In this document: one piece after another, positions 48,579 through 58,935 of the stretch
Layout of the letters: each line of letters begins with the position of its first letter
Numbering within the stretch: the stretch's first letter is position 1
From: Pirellulaceae bacterium
GTDB lineage: Bacteria > Planctomycetota > Planctomycetia > Pirellulales > Pirellulaceae
Reading direction: 5' to 3'
Length of the DNA: 64,000 bases
NCBI GenBank assembly: GCA_041751975.1
Contig: JBGSHW010000084.1
Coordinates: forward strand, 41,745-105,744
Program-made: the position numbers and the translations under genes
Notes under the pieces: generated by a model
Told to the model about the DNA's origin: nothing
Seen by the model: the letters and a program-made list of their open reading frames with translations, nothing else
Database searches by the model: none

Positions 48579-49001
48579 ATGTACCGTAAATTCCTGCGTT
48601 CCAAAATCCACCGCGCCACCGTCACCCAAGCGGACCTCGACTACGAAGGTTCACTGACGCTCCCCCCGAATCTGATGCGAGCTGCCGATATTTTGCCCCA
48701 TGAGGCAGTGCATGTGTGGAACGTAACGCGTGGCACGCGGCTAGAGACCTACGCTATAGAAGGGGACGAAGGGAGTTTGGACATTTGTGCCAATGGGGCC
48801 GCAGCGCATTTGATCCGTCCTGGGGACGTGGTCATTGTCGCCACCTTCAGCTTTCTGGTCGACTCGAGCATCAAGCCGCCAGTTGCTGAACCCCGGGTCG
48901 TCTTTGTCGATAGCGAGAACAAAATGCTGCGAGTGGGAGAAGAAATTGCAGGCCCGCGGCGACGTGGCGTGCCCACCAAGACGGCCGATAGTTGCTGCTA
49001 G
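48579..49001 (+). CDS. panD: Aspartate 1-decarboxylase
   Basis: SKIHRATVT, YEG|SLT autocleavage site and ICANGAAAH motifs. Confidence 0.96.
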   Translation: MYRKFLRSKIHRATVTQADLDYEGSLTLPPNLMRAADILPHEAVHVWNVTRGTRLETYAIEGDEGSLDICANGAAAHLIRPGDVVIVATFSFLVDSSIKPPVAEPRVVFVDSENKMLRVGEEIAGPRRRGVPTKTADSCC

Positions 49002-49115
49002 CGAGTCGCGGCGCAACTCGCTCAGGAACGAAAAAACGAGTGTCGATTTCGACACTCGTCTCGGTTTGCTTTTTGATTTCGTCCGGTTTTTCTCTTTGCC
49101 GATGGCTGACAGCGA

Positions 49116-50051
49116 TCAGCCACCGTTTGAAAGAGCTGCGTCGGTATCGCTTGAAGTTGTGCTTGTGCTTGTGCTTGTGCTCGTGCTAGACGATTCCAGA
49201 GAGTTCTGATAGTTCTCATATTCGCGTTGAATTAGAGTCGACATCTGGAAAGCTGACTGCAGTTCCACAGGGTTGAACCAACGCACGTTTCCGGTGAACT
49301 GCGACTCAATACGGTTCTTGGCGGACAGTTCGTTCCAAGATAGACCGTTTGCCATGTGCCATGCTGCAGCCTGGGCCGTATTTTGTGCAAGCCGTCCTTC
49401 TCCCAACAGCTCACAGAGCTTCGCAACACGTGGATCGTCGTTGATTTGTTCAATCGGAACAATTTTGTATTTCATGCGCGGATTGGGATCTTGCTTGCCA
49501 TGCTCGAGGCAGACGCAGGTAACCTTCAGTTTGCCAGCACGATCGGGTGAGACGCGGAACATCCCACCTCCCATTCCTCCCATGCCACCACCCATGCCAC
49601 CCATGCCACCCCCCATGCCACCCATGCCACCCATGCCACCACCCATACCTCCCATGCCACCCCCCATTCCTTGACCGCCACCCATACCACCCATGCCGCC
49701 ACCCATACCACCCATGCCGCCGCCCATACCCCCCATGCCCCCGCCCATGCCACCCATGCCGCCCATGCCCATTTGCCCCAAAATATGCACGGCACCAAAA
49801 GCTTTAGGCATTTGAACGTCAAGCATAGCGTCCGTTTTGTTGCGAATAATTACGGTAGCCTGCGAGGCATCTTTAGGAACAAACTGGACCTCAATAGTTC
49901 CTTCGTCAATGGCTTGGAACAGCTCGACCGTCTTGACCGGTTCGTCCGATTTCTTCTTGTCTTTGCCTCGCGTTGGCTCGGTAGCGAGAGCACTCGTGGA
50001 GAGCACAAACAGCGACATAATGCTTAGGAAAGACCAAACATTGAGTTTCAT
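49116..50051 (-). CDS. Exported hypothetical protein with an approximately 70-aa GGM low-complexity insert
   Basis: Signal peptide; (GGM)n tract; CVCLEHGK motif; ST-repeat tail. Confidence 0.85.
   Translation of the reverse strand: MKLNVWSFLSIMSLFVLSTSALATEPTRGKDKKKSDEPVKTVELFQAIDEGTIEVQFVPKDASQATVIIRNKTDAMLDVQMPKAFGAVHILGQMGMGGMGGMGGGMGGMGGGMGGMGGGMGGMGGGQGMGGGMGGMGGGMGGMGGMGGGMGGMGGGMGGMGGGMFRVSPDRAGKLKVTCVCLEHGKQDPNPRMKYKIVPIEQINDDPRVAKLCELLGEGRLAQNTAQAAAWHMANGLSWNELSAKNRIESQFTGNVRWFNPVELQSAFQMSTLIQREYENYQNSLESSSTSTSTSTSTTSSDTDAALSNGG
49564..49778. repeat. CCCATGCCA/CCACCCATG 9- and 12-nt coding repeat (GGM/GGGM)
   Basis: Degenerate tandem array encoding the Gly-Met tract. Confidence 0.9.
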
Positions 50052-50468
50052 AACCAGCCTCTAAAGTTTCTCAACCAGGGGTTCTCAAACCAGGATTTGC
50101 GATGGCGCTACGACGCGACTTAGCGGAAAGAAGGACCGCGAAAAGATCGAAGCGGAATAGAGCCTGTTTTAATGGTAGTCGATTTGCTAACACTTTCCAA
50201 GCAATTTTCGCCGCTGAGCCCCTCCCTGCGAGCGGATTTCCGATTATTTCCGCCCTTAAGTGAGCCGTTTCACAACTAAAGGGGAGTCTGAGGCGTTGAC
50301 CGCTTGCATTCGAATAGCCGTTTGGTAACTTTTCACCTGCCCGGGCTGAACCCAATCTGAGTACCCTACCGTCCCGCGGCGCCGCTTTGTCGAACTTGAA
50401 CTAACTGTCAAGTCTGGCTCGGCAGCGGGACTCAACCATGACCCACTTTGTATTTAGAGGACGTTTGT

Positions 50469-50972
50469 ATGTCGCTTTTTGTTGGAGAATCTTTGGTCGG
50501 CGAAGGTAATGAAATTGCCCACATCGACCTGATGATTGGTAGCAAGACCGGCCCTGTTGGTGCCGCGTTCGCCAATGCGCTTTCGACCCAAAGCGCCGGC
50601 CACACCAATCTGTTGGCCGTGCTCGAGCCCAACTTGGCCGTCAAGCCTTCCACTGTGATGATCACCAAAGTGACCATCAAGGGGATGAAGCAAGCAGTTC
50701 AGATGTTCGGCCCAGCTCAGTTTGCGGTTGCCAAGGCAGTTGCCGATTCGGTAGCCGCTGGAGTTATTCCTGCGGATCAAGCCGAAGACTTGGTCATCGT
50801 GTGTGGTGTATTCATTCACCCAGCCGCTGAAGACAACGCTAAGATCTACAAGTACAACTACGAAGCCACCAAAGACGCCATCGCCAGCGCCATGCACAGC
50901 AAGCCATCGGCGCAGGAAATGGTCTCCAAGAAGGACACGGCCGCTCACCCATTCAAGGGCTTTGACGCGTAG
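50469..50972 (+). CDS. fae: Formaldehyde-activating enzyme (5,6,7,8-tetrahydromethanopterin hydro-lyase)
   Basis: GEGNEIAHIDLMIG, KVTIKGMKQAVQMFGPAQ and VFIHP motifs. Confidence 0.96.
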   Translation: MSLFVGESLVGEGNEIAHIDLMIGSKTGPVGAAFANALSTQSAGHTNLLAVLEPNLAVKPSTVMITKVTIKGMKQAVQMFGPAQFAVAKAVADSVAAGVIPADQAEDLVIVCGVFIHPAAEDNAKIYKYNYEATKDAIASAMHSKPSAQEMVSKKDTAAHPFKGFDA

Positions 50973-51041
50973 TTGCCCGCCGTGGCCGTCAAGCTCATCG
51001 CAGCCCTGCCACAGCCATCCCTGTTAATCGCATAAACCTAG

Positions 51042-51074
51042 AAGCCGCAGCCCAACACTGGCTGCGGCTTTTTT
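51042..51074 (+). terminator. Rho-independent terminator after fae
   Basis: AAGCCGCAGCC-caacact-GGCTGCGGCTT followed by TTTT. Confidence 0.88.
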
Positions 51075-51224
51075 CAATTTGCGGGCCACGTATACTGTAA
51101 GCATTATTGGCTTAGCGAAGTCCTTGTGGGCAGCAATCGGGCGCTACCGCGCTCCGACTAACTCAATCAACGGACCAACGCCTTAGCAAATCACACGCGC
51201 TCTAGCCTTGTTCCTGGAGGCTCC

Positions 51225-52118
51225 ATGGATCACCCTCGCATCTTGATTCAATTCGATTCCGACAAACATCCCAGCGTCTTCGATTCGGTGGTCGCCATCG
51301 ACTCTCAAATAGCGCACTTGCTGCAGTACGCAAATGTTGATCCTACTCAGGTGCAACAATTAGTGCATGGAGCCATGTTCACCCGGGGTCCGGCCCAGCT
51401 GCACAACACGGCCATCTTTGTGGGTGGTTCCGATGTCGGCACGGGCGAAGCCATTGCCCAGCAGATTCGAGATACATTTTTTGGTCCCATTCGCGTGTCG
51501 GTGATGCTGGATGGCAACGGCTCCAATACCACTGCCGCTGCTGCCGTCCTGTGCGCCGCCCGACACGTCGACTTATCGCAAGCCCAAGTGGTGGTGCTGG
51601 GTGGAACCGGTCCGGTAGGTCTGCGGATCGCGCGACTGTTGCTGGGCCAAGGTGCCCAAGTGCATTTGGCGTCGCGCCAATTGGAACGCGCTTCCCGAGC
51701 TTGCGACGACTTGCTTGCAAAACTCGAGCGACCGCCGGAGATACCTCGCTTGCTAGCGCTCGCAACAGCAGACAAATCGGCTTTTGACAACGCGTTGCAA
51801 AACGCCACGGCGGTGTTCAGTTGTGGAGCTGCTGGGGTGGAACTGCTGAACGCCGACCAACTTTTGCAAGCGGCGAAACTGCAAATCGCCATCGACCTGA
51901 ATGCCGTTCCACCTGCGGGGATTGCCGGAGTTGCCGCTACAGACAAAGCGGTAACGCGAGGAAATCGAGTCGACTATGGTGCCATCGGCGTCGGCGGGCT
52001 TAAAATGAAGATTCATCGTCAAGCCATTGCAACGTTGTTCACCCGAAACGATTTATTCCTCGACGCCGAGCAGATTTTTGAGATCGGGCAAAGCCTAGAA
52101 AACGCCTCAAAAGTCTGA
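51225..52118 (+). CDS. mtdC: NAD(P)-dependent methylene-H4MPT dehydrogenase (Planctomycete MtdC type)
   Basis: SVFDSVVAID, GAMFTRG, NGSNTTAAAAV, GGTGPVG and DLNAVPP motifs; adjacent to fae. Confidence 0.88.
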   Translation: MDHPRILIQFDSDKHPSVFDSVVAIDSQIAHLLQYANVDPTQVQQLVHGAMFTRGPAQLHNTAIFVGGSDVGTGEAIAQQIRDTFFGPIRVSVMLDGNGSNTTAAAAVLCAARHVDLSQAQVVVLGGTGPVGLRIARLLLGQGAQVHLASRQLERASRACDDLLAKLERPPEIPRLLALATADKSAFDNALQNATAVFSCGAAGVELLNADQLLQAAKLQIAIDLNAVPPAGIAGVAATDKAVTRGNRVDYGAIGVGGLKMKIHRQAIATLFTRNDLFLDAEQIFEIGQSLENASKV

Positions 52119-52281
52119 TCTGCAGCACCTGCCAAACAACCCTCACTGACCGAGCCCACTCGCTTCGGTTGGTGATTTTCCGTGATAAAATTCATGGAAC
52201 ACAACTAAGTCAACCGCCCGCGAGTGCCAATCGGGCTCGCTCGCGGACTGTGCCACTACTTTGAAAACTGGAATGTGAACC

Positions 52282-55200
52282 ATGTTTCGTTTCGCTCTCG
52301 TTTTTTCGCTCGCCATCGCGTTCTTTTGGAGCCCCAACGCTACCGCGCAGTCTCCGCATGCACCTTCGACAGCCCCCGATTTGCTCGTCGACGATCCAGT
52401 CGCCGCCGCTGCAGCGCAAGGAAAGCTCCTGTCCGATGTTCGCCAATTGACCTTCGAAGGCAAACGGGCGGGCGAGGGCTACTTTTCCAAAGATGGTCGG
52501 CAACTGGTCTTTCAAAGCGAACGCGAACCCGACAATCCGTTCTTTCAAATCTACTTGATGGATCGAGAAACGGGCGACGTCCGGCGCATCTCACCCGGGA
52601 TTGGCAAAACCACTTGCGCTTGGATCCATCCCGAGGGGAACAAAGTGTTATTTGCTTCCACTCAGTACGATCCCGAAGCAACGCAGAAGCAGGCCCGCGA
52701 GCTCGAAGTTCGGGCCTCGGGCAAAGCCTCGCGTTACAGCTGGGATTACGATGCGACCTACGACATGGTCGAGTTCGATGTCAAAACGCAAGAGTATCGA
52801 CAGCTGACGACGGAAGAGGGTTACGACGCCGAGGGCTCCTACTCGCCCGATGGCCAGTGGATCTGTTTTGCATCCAACCGCCGCGCCTATGCAGATGACT
52901 TGACGGCCGAGGAGCAGGAGTTGTTCGAGGTCGATCCAGCTTCGGCCATGGACATTTACATGATGCGCAGCGACGGCTCGGACGTGAAGCGGCTAACGAC
53001 CGAGGTGGGCTACGATGGTGGCCCTTTCTTTTCTCCCACAGGGGATAAAGTCTGCTGGCGACGATTCACAACCGATGGCGCCGTCGCGGAAATCATGGTT
53101 ATGAATATCGATGGCAGCGATCAACGGGCGATCACGCAGCTCGGCGCGATGAGCTGGGCACCGTTTTTCCATCCCAGTGGCGACTACCTGATTTTCGCCA
53201 CCAATCTCCACGGCTTCTCCAACTTCGAACTCTACCTGGTTGACGCCCGCGGACAACGCGAACCACAACGAGTCACTTACCGTGCGGGCTTTGACAGCCT
53301 CCCAACCTTTACTCCCGATGGCCAGGCACTGGTTTGGACCAGCAACGGCGGTAGTTCGCAATCGCAACTCTTCGAGGCAACCTGGAATGACGCGGCTGCC
53401 CGCGAATTGCTCAAACTGAACGAAGCCCTCGATAGCAATACGACCCTTGAGCTGGCGGAAGCGGCTGAGGCAGCCCAAGCAACGCGTGCAGCGTCCATCC
53501 CAGGCTTTTCCGCCGCCGACGTAGGACGCCATGTCGACTACCTGTGCCGACCCGAACTGGGTGGCCGCCTAACGGGTACCGAGGGCGAACGCCGCGCGAC
53601 CGCCTATGTGGCCGCTTATTTGGAAAGCCTGGGCGTGCAACCCGCCGGGCAAGATGGAACTTTCTTTCACGAGTTTCAGTTCGTGTCGGATGTCGCCTTG
53701 GGTAGCGACAACGCATTGCAGCTCGGTGCAAGTGAATTCAAAGTCGACAAAGATTGGCGGCCTGTCTTTTTCTCCAAAGAAGGTTCTGTCGAGCCAACCG
53801 AAATCGTTTGCGCTGGGTACGGCATCGTCGCACCGGCGGAAGAAAAGCAGGAGGAGTATGACAGTTACGTGCACTTGGATGTTAAAGACAAATGGGTACT
53901 GGTCTTCCGGCAAATGCCGCAAGATGTCACGCCCGAGCGTCGGCAGCATCTCGCGCGGTATAGCGGCGCACGCTACAAAGCCATGGTGGCCCGCGAGCGA
54001 GGCGCCCGCGGCTTGATCTTTGTCAGTGGCCCGAAAAGCCAGCTCCGCACCGAGTTGATGCCACTAGAACTGGACGGCTCCATGGGCGCTGGCAGTCTGT
54101 CGGTCATTAGCGTCAGTAACGACTTAGCGGCTCAAATGCTCACGACCGCCGGTCAAAACTTGAACGAGCTGCAAACATCGCTCGACAGCGGTGAACCGCA
54201 AATGGGATTCTTGCTGGCCGATGTTAAGCTCGCGGCGCAAATCGACGTGGAACCGGTTACCAGCCGTGGTCGCAACGTGCTCGCCCTCCTCCCCGCCGCC
54301 GCTCAACCCACCGAACAGATGATTGTTATCGGCGCCCATATCGATCACCTGGGGACGGGCAGCGGCGGCAATTCGCTCGCCAAAGCCGAAGAGATCGGGG
54401 GCGTCCATCGCGGCGCTGATGATAATGCCTCCGGTGTGGCCTGCATGCTGGAAGTCGCCCAATATCTGTCGGACGAAATCTCTGCGGGACGCCTTGAAAT
54501 GAAACGCGATGTGCTAATCGCCGCCTGGAGCGGTGAGGAACTCGGCCTCCGCGGTTCGCAAGCTTTTGCAGATGATTTCACTAAGCTGTTTCCTGAACGA
54601 GCGGCTGCACACGCGCTTGACCATCACGCCGCAGTTGAAGGCGATCCACACGCTGATCCACACGCTGATCCACACGCAGCGCTGCGCCAAGCAGCGCTGC
54701 GCCAAGCAGCGTCGGCCGCTGCGGCACGGGCGGCACAACGGCCTGACAATCTCTACCCGCAGATTGCTGGTTGCTTGAACCTGGATATGGTCGGACGCCT
54801 CCGCGAGAACCTGGTGCTGCAAGGTATCGGGTCGTCACCCTACTGGGCCGGAGCAATCGAGCGCCGCAATTCGGTTGTCCGCTTACCGCTGATCTTGCAA
54901 AACGATTGCAACTTACCGACCGATGCCAGTACCTTTTTCTTGCGTGGAGTGCCAATCCTTTCCGCCTTCACCGGCTCGCACTCCGAGTACCACACGCCGC
55001 GTGACGTACCGGAATTGTTGAATTACGAAGGAGCCGCCAAAATCTCGCGGTTGATGGCTCTGATCACCCGCGACCTGGTCACCGCCGATTCGGCCCCAGA
55101 GTACCAAGAACAGGAAGCTCAGCCGGAGATGCGGGCCAATCTCACGGCTTACATGGGAACCGTACCCGATTATGTGCAAACCGACATCAAAGGTGTCAAG

Positions 55201-55410
55201 CTGAGCGGCGTTACGAAAGGCGCTCCGGCTGATAAAGCGGGCGTGCAGGCTGGTGATATCATTGTCGAGCTGGCTGGTAAAACGATCGAGAATATCTACG
55301 ACTACACCTATGCCATCGAGGCCTTGAAGGTCGGTCAACAGACGACGGTCAAAGTCCAACGCGGTAGCGAAGTGATCGAACTCGAGATCACTCCCACCTC
55401 CCGCCAATAA
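52282..55410 (+). CDS. M28 family peptidase with TolB-like PD40 repeats, PA domain and C-terminal PDZ
   Basis: PD40 repeats (GSYSPDGQWI, FSPTG, FHPSG); GAHIDH, GADDNASG, GEELGL and HSEYH motifs; SPA/AGVQAGD-type PDZ. Confidence 0.92.
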   Translation: MFRFALVFSLAIAFFWSPNATAQSPHAPSTAPDLLVDDPVAAAAAQGKLLSDVRQLTFEGKRAGEGYFSKDGRQLVFQSEREPDNPFFQIYLMDRETGDVRRISPGIGKTTCAWIHPEGNKVLFASTQYDPEATQKQARELEVRASGKASRYSWDYDATYDMVEFDVKTQEYRQLTTEEGYDAEGSYSPDGQWICFASNRRAYADDLTAEEQELFEVDPASAMDIYMMRSDGSDVKRLTTEVGYDGGPFFSPTGDKVCWRRFTTDGAVAEIMVMNIDGSDQRAITQLGAMSWAPFFHPSGDYLIFATNLHGFSNFELYLVDARGQREPQRVTYRAGFDSLPTFTPDGQALVWTSNGGSSQSQLFEATWNDAAARELLKLNEALDSNTTLELAEAAEAAQATRAASIPGFSAADVGRHVDYLCRPELGGRLTGTEGERRATAYVAAYLESLGVQPAGQDGTFFHEFQFVSDVALGSDNALQLGASEFKVDKDWRPVFFSKEGSVEPTEIVCAGYGIVAPAEEKQEEYDSYVHLDVKDKWVLVFRQMPQDVTPERRQHLARYSGARYKAMVARERGARGLIFVSGPKSQLRTELMPLELDGSMGAGSLSVISVSNDLAAQMLTTAGQNLNELQTSLDSGEPQMGFLLADVKLAAQIDVEPVTSRGRNVLALLPAAAQPTEQMIVIGAHIDHLGTGSGGNSLAKAEEIGGVHRGADDNASGVACMLEVAQYLSDEISAGRLEMKRDVLIAAWSGEELGLRGSQAFADDFTKLFPERAAAHALDHHAAVEGDPHADPHADPHAALRQAALRQAASAAAARAAQRPDNLYPQIAGCLNLDMVGRLRENLVLQGIGSSPYWAGAIERRNSVVRLPLILQNDCNLPTDASTFFLRGVPILSAFTGSHSEYHTPRDVPELLNYEGAAKISRLMALITRDLVTADSAPEYQEQEAQPEMRANLTAYMGTVPDYVQTDIKGVKLSGVTKGAPADKAGVQAGDIIVELAGKTIENIYDYTYAIEALKVGQQTTVKVQRGSEVIELEITPTSRQ

Positions 55411-55441
55411 TCGAGCGACGACCTATGTCGCACGTTCGTTA

Positions 55442-55512
55442 GGGTCAGGCCTTGTGTTCGGTGTTCGGCAGTTCACGGATTATCAGTGAACACCGAACAC
55501 AAGGCCTGACCC
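55442..55512. repeat. 25-bp perfect inverted repeat (REP/MITE-like) between convergent genes
   Basis: GGGTCAGGCCTTGTGTTCGGTGTTC - 21-nt loop - GAACACCGAACACAAGGCCTGACCC. Confidence 0.92.
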
Positions 55513-55517
55513 CTAAG

Positions 55518-56669
55518 CTAGCGCCAATCGAGGCGACAGTTGATGCGAATGTCGGTACCGATCGGCGAGTACTTCACCTCTTGGCAACGCGGACCATCAG
55601 CGACGTGCCCGATCCCTAGACCGCCAATCGGCGAGGGAGCTCCTGTACCGCCGAGCAACTTGGGAGCGACGAAGACATCGCACTCGTCGATTTGCTTGAG
55701 CTCCATCAAGCTCCCCAACAACTTGGCGCCTCCTTCGACGAGCACCTGCGTCGCCTGATGCTTGTCGACCAAGTAACGCAACAGAGCATCGAGCCGATTC
55801 GCCGGATCGGCCTCATCGCACAACTCGACTTCGCAGCCAGCATCGCGGAGGGCAGCCATCTTTTGGCGATCCGCCTGTGGCCCAGCCCAGACGAGCGTCG
55901 GTATGAGCCGCGCGCTTTGCACCAGCTGACTCTCGAGCGGCAGTCGCAGCTGTGAATCGGCTACGACGCGTCGCGCGCGCCGTGGCGGTCGTTCAACGCG
56001 TGCGACCAGACGCGGGTTGTCGGCCAGAGCCGTTCCGCTGCCAACCAAGATGGCATCCACCCGACCCCGCAACTCCTGCACCGCCTGGCGACTCTCCGGA
56101 CAAGAGATCCACTGGCTCTGGCCGGTGTGCGTCGCGAGCTTTCCATCCAAACTCATCGCCCACTTGGCAATCACCCAGGGCCTTCGGCTCTGGAGCCGTT
56201 TGAGGTAGGGAGCGTTGAGACGCTTGGCCTCGGACTCGAGCAGTCCCAACTCCACCGCGATGCCGGCTTCGACGAGTTCTTGCAGCCCCATTCCGGAGAC
56301 TTGTGCAAACGGATCGAGCATGGCCACGATCACGCGCCCGACGCGAGCTTCGATCAATGCTTCGGTGCAGGGTGGTGTCTTGCCGTGATGACAGCACGGT
56401 TCGAGGGTCACGTAGGCGGTGCAACCGGCCAGCCGCGCCGCGTGCCCCCGTTCGATGGCATGGGCGATGGCTGCTCGTTCTGCGTGTGCCTCCCCGAACT
56501 TTGCATGGTATCCTTCGCCAATGACTTCGCCTTGGGCAACCAGCACACAACCCACCAGCGGATTCGGCTCAACCCACCCCAGTCCGCCTTGGGCCAAACG
56601 CAGCGCCAACGCCATCTGTTGAAGGTCGTTGGCGCGCAAGTCTTCACCACTTGCGTTTGAGCTGGGCAT
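55518..56669 (-). CDS. ribD: Bifunctional riboflavin biosynthesis deaminase/reductase
   Basis: PNPLVG, HAER, TLEPCCHHGKTPPC, AMSLDG and VEGG motifs. Confidence 0.97.
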   Translation of the reverse strand: MPSSNASGEDLRANDLQQMALALRLAQGGLGWVEPNPLVGCVLVAQGEVIGEGYHAKFGEAHAERAAIAHAIERGHAARLAGCTAYVTLEPCCHHGKTPPCTEALIEARVGRVIVAMLDPFAQVSGMGLQELVEAGIAVELGLLESEAKRLNAPYLKRLQSRRPWVIAKWAMSLDGKLATHTGQSQWISCPESRQAVQELRGRVDAILVGSGTALADNPRLVARVERPPRRARRVVADSQLRLPLESQLVQSARLIPTLVWAGPQADRQKMAALRDAGCEVELCDEADPANRLDALLRYLVDKHQATQVLVEGGAKLLGSLMELKQIDECDVFVAPKLLGGTGAPSPIGGLGIGHVADGPRCQEVKYSPIGTDIRINCRLDWR

Positions 56670-56687
56670 GCTGAAGTTACTCGCCGT

Positions 56688-58823
56688 CTAAGAACCAGGA
56701 AGCCAAAGTTTACTTTCGCTGGGGGCCGCGGTGGCTTGCCCAGGTAGCACGAGTCCACTTTCGCTTTCAGCCGACCGGTTTGCATTCTGCATCATCCGCT
56801 GCGCCAATGGATCCGCCATTCCTGGGCCACCCTGGCTCGCCTGACTTTGCATAGCGTATTGCATGAAGTTGAGGAGATAAGGATCTTCGGGATACTTATT
56901 GACTGCCTCCACCATGGCGGCTTGGCCTTCTTCTAGGCGGCCGAGTGCATGCAGAAGTCCCACACGCTGCAATACGAGCTTGCCGACGGGGGCCTTGAGT
57001 TCCACTAGCTTCGCTTCGAGCGCATGGCCAATCTCCAGCTTCTTCTCCAACGCGGGCTCGATGTTGAGTAAGCTGGAGAGGGCTAGGACTTGCAGTTGTT
57101 GATCGTCGGCCAGTTCTTGGGCGGCGATGATTGCTTGCGAACAACGGTAAAGGACCCGTGACGCCCCAAGGCCCAACACTCGCAACATCATACCCCGCAA
57201 CTGCAGTGGGCTAACTTGATTGATGTGGATACGCTCTAGATCCAAAATGCTCAGCAATTTTAGCGACTGAGCTTCGCGATTCACATCCACGCGGGGTCGC
57301 TCAAGGTGCAGTCGCTGGTAGATACCATCGATCGTCTCTGCGGGCAAAACAAAGGACTGCTCTCCCTCGAGGTGCGACAACAAGCCCAGCAATGGGAGTT
57401 GGTATTTCTCGTCATCGATCACATCGGTGGGGGACTTGAAATCCAGCGCGGCGATCGGGAGTGCGAGGAACTCGTCGCTGAAGACCTTGCCGAAGACTTC
57501 CACTGGTAAGGCAGCCTCTGGGCTACCCGGCTTGAGCCGCTGACGCTGGAGGAACTCCACGTAGTTGTTGGCGATCGGGAGTTCCGCGTCCGAAGCGGGC
57601 GCCCCCAACTGCAGCGCAGCGAGCGTCTCAGCAATTAGTGCTTGGTATGCGGGAATATCGTTGACCATGAACAGAGCCCGCGCTGGTCGATCGGTCTGCT
57701 TGGCGAAGATGGCCACCGACCCAAAGGAACTGATCGTTGGGCTTTGCTCGTCGAACTCCGCCAAATCGGTAGGCAGAGCGTTATCGAAGAGATTGTAGAG
57801 CCGGCGGGCCGGGACTTCATCTTGGACCATGGCGGCAAAATAACGTCGAGCGGACTCGATGTTTTCCCCCTCCGCCAACACCGCGAACTTCAACTGTTCA
57901 AACGCTTCGACCACTCGTTCTTCCGAGTCAATCTCGCAGTAGCGAACGATCATGGGGGTCCGCAGCGATTTTTGCTCCGGTTCGAGCTCAAGGGCCACAG
58001 CGGCAAAATAGGCGCGGTCGACCAGCGAAATACCGCTGTGCTCAGCCAGTTTTCTGGCAGTCGTGACGGCCCCCTGCTGGTCGAGCTGTGCGTACTGAGC
58101 TCGCAATAAGTGCGACAGTGGACCGGGCTGATTTGGGAAGTCGCGCAAGATGGCTTGCAGCTTCTTCTCGGCTTGATCGTAACGGAAGGAACGGGCCAAA
58201 ACCAAGACTTCGGCCAGTCGTTCTTTCCAAGGTGACCCGGCTGGGTCTTCGATGATCTTGGCAGGCGCCTTGGCGATTAGGTTAAGTGATGGATCGAGCA
58301 GCACGGACTCCTCTTGCGGTCCGTTCTCCGATCCGATCAGGGCAGCATAGGCATCAGCCCAATAACCAACCATCGAGAGCTTGCCGCTGTTTTCTAGGGC
58401 ACGCATCAACACCTGCATGGCCGGTAGCGCGAGAGCCGGTAGCGATTCACGCGATTCGGCCATCCCCTCCAACAAGTAGCGGGCGGCGTTTTCGAGAGGT
58501 TGCCCGTTAAAGGCACATACTATTGACTGCATGATCAAAGCCAGCGGGTTATCGGGCTTCAGCTTAAGGAACCGATTCGCCGTATCGCGAAACGTGTCGA
58601 GCTCCTGCATCCCCAAAGTAAGCTCCCCTTTGACGGCTAGCAACCAAGCTGCGTTGGGAGTCTTCTTGAGCAACTGATTGATACGATCCAAGGCGGCGAC
58701 CTCTTGGCCACCTTCGATCAATCGCACTAACTTCTCGAAATCCTGCGGATTGTCGACGCACTTGCAAAACTTCAGCTTCTTGCCGCTACCGCAAGGACAC
58801 GGTGAATAATGGTCGAGGGCCAT
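56688..58823 (-). CDS. SEC-C motif protein with helical repeats
   Basis: N-terminal PCPCGSGKKLKFC; TPR-like helices. Confidence 0.85.
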   Translation of the reverse strand: MALDHYSPCPCGSGKKLKFCKCVDNPQDFEKLVRLIEGGQEVAALDRINQLLKKTPNAAWLLAVKGELTLGMQELDTFRDTANRFLKLKPDNPLALIMQSIVCAFNGQPLENAARYLLEGMAESRESLPALALPAMQVLMRALENSGKLSMVGYWADAYAALIGSENGPQEESVLLDPSLNLIAKAPAKIIEDPAGSPWKERLAEVLVLARSFRYDQAEKKLQAILRDFPNQPGPLSHLLRAQYAQLDQQGAVTTARKLAEHSGISLVDRAYFAAVALELEPEQKSLRTPMIVRYCEIDSEERVVEAFEQLKFAVLAEGENIESARRYFAAMVQDEVPARRLYNLFDNALPTDLAEFDEQSPTISSFGSVAIFAKQTDRPARALFMVNDIPAYQALIAETLAALQLGAPASDAELPIANNYVEFLQRQRLKPGSPEAALPVEVFGKVFSDEFLALPIAALDFKSPTDVIDDEKYQLPLLGLLSHLEGEQSFVLPAETIDGIYQRLHLERPRVDVNREAQSLKLLSILDLERIHINQVSPLQLRGMMLRVLGLGASRVLYRCSQAIIAAQELADDQQLQVLALSSLLNIEPALEKKLEIGHALEAKLVELKAPVGKLVLQRVGLLHALGRLEEGQAAMVEAVNKYPEDPYLLNFMQYAMQSQASQGGPGMADPLAQRMMQNANRSAESESGLVLPGQATAAPSESKLWLPGS

Positions 58824-58935
58824 GTTTGATTACTTTCAGTTGTCTCTATAGCAACATCTAAACGGGGAGCGAGGCTGTGTATGAACAAACCATGCCCAAG
58901 AGGTGGGGTGCCAGCCACGGGCCAGTCGTTTACTC

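Noticed and set aside
49526-49822. His/Pro/Cys-rich and Trp/Val/Ala-rich ORFs
   Set aside because: Alternative frames of the GGM coding repeat
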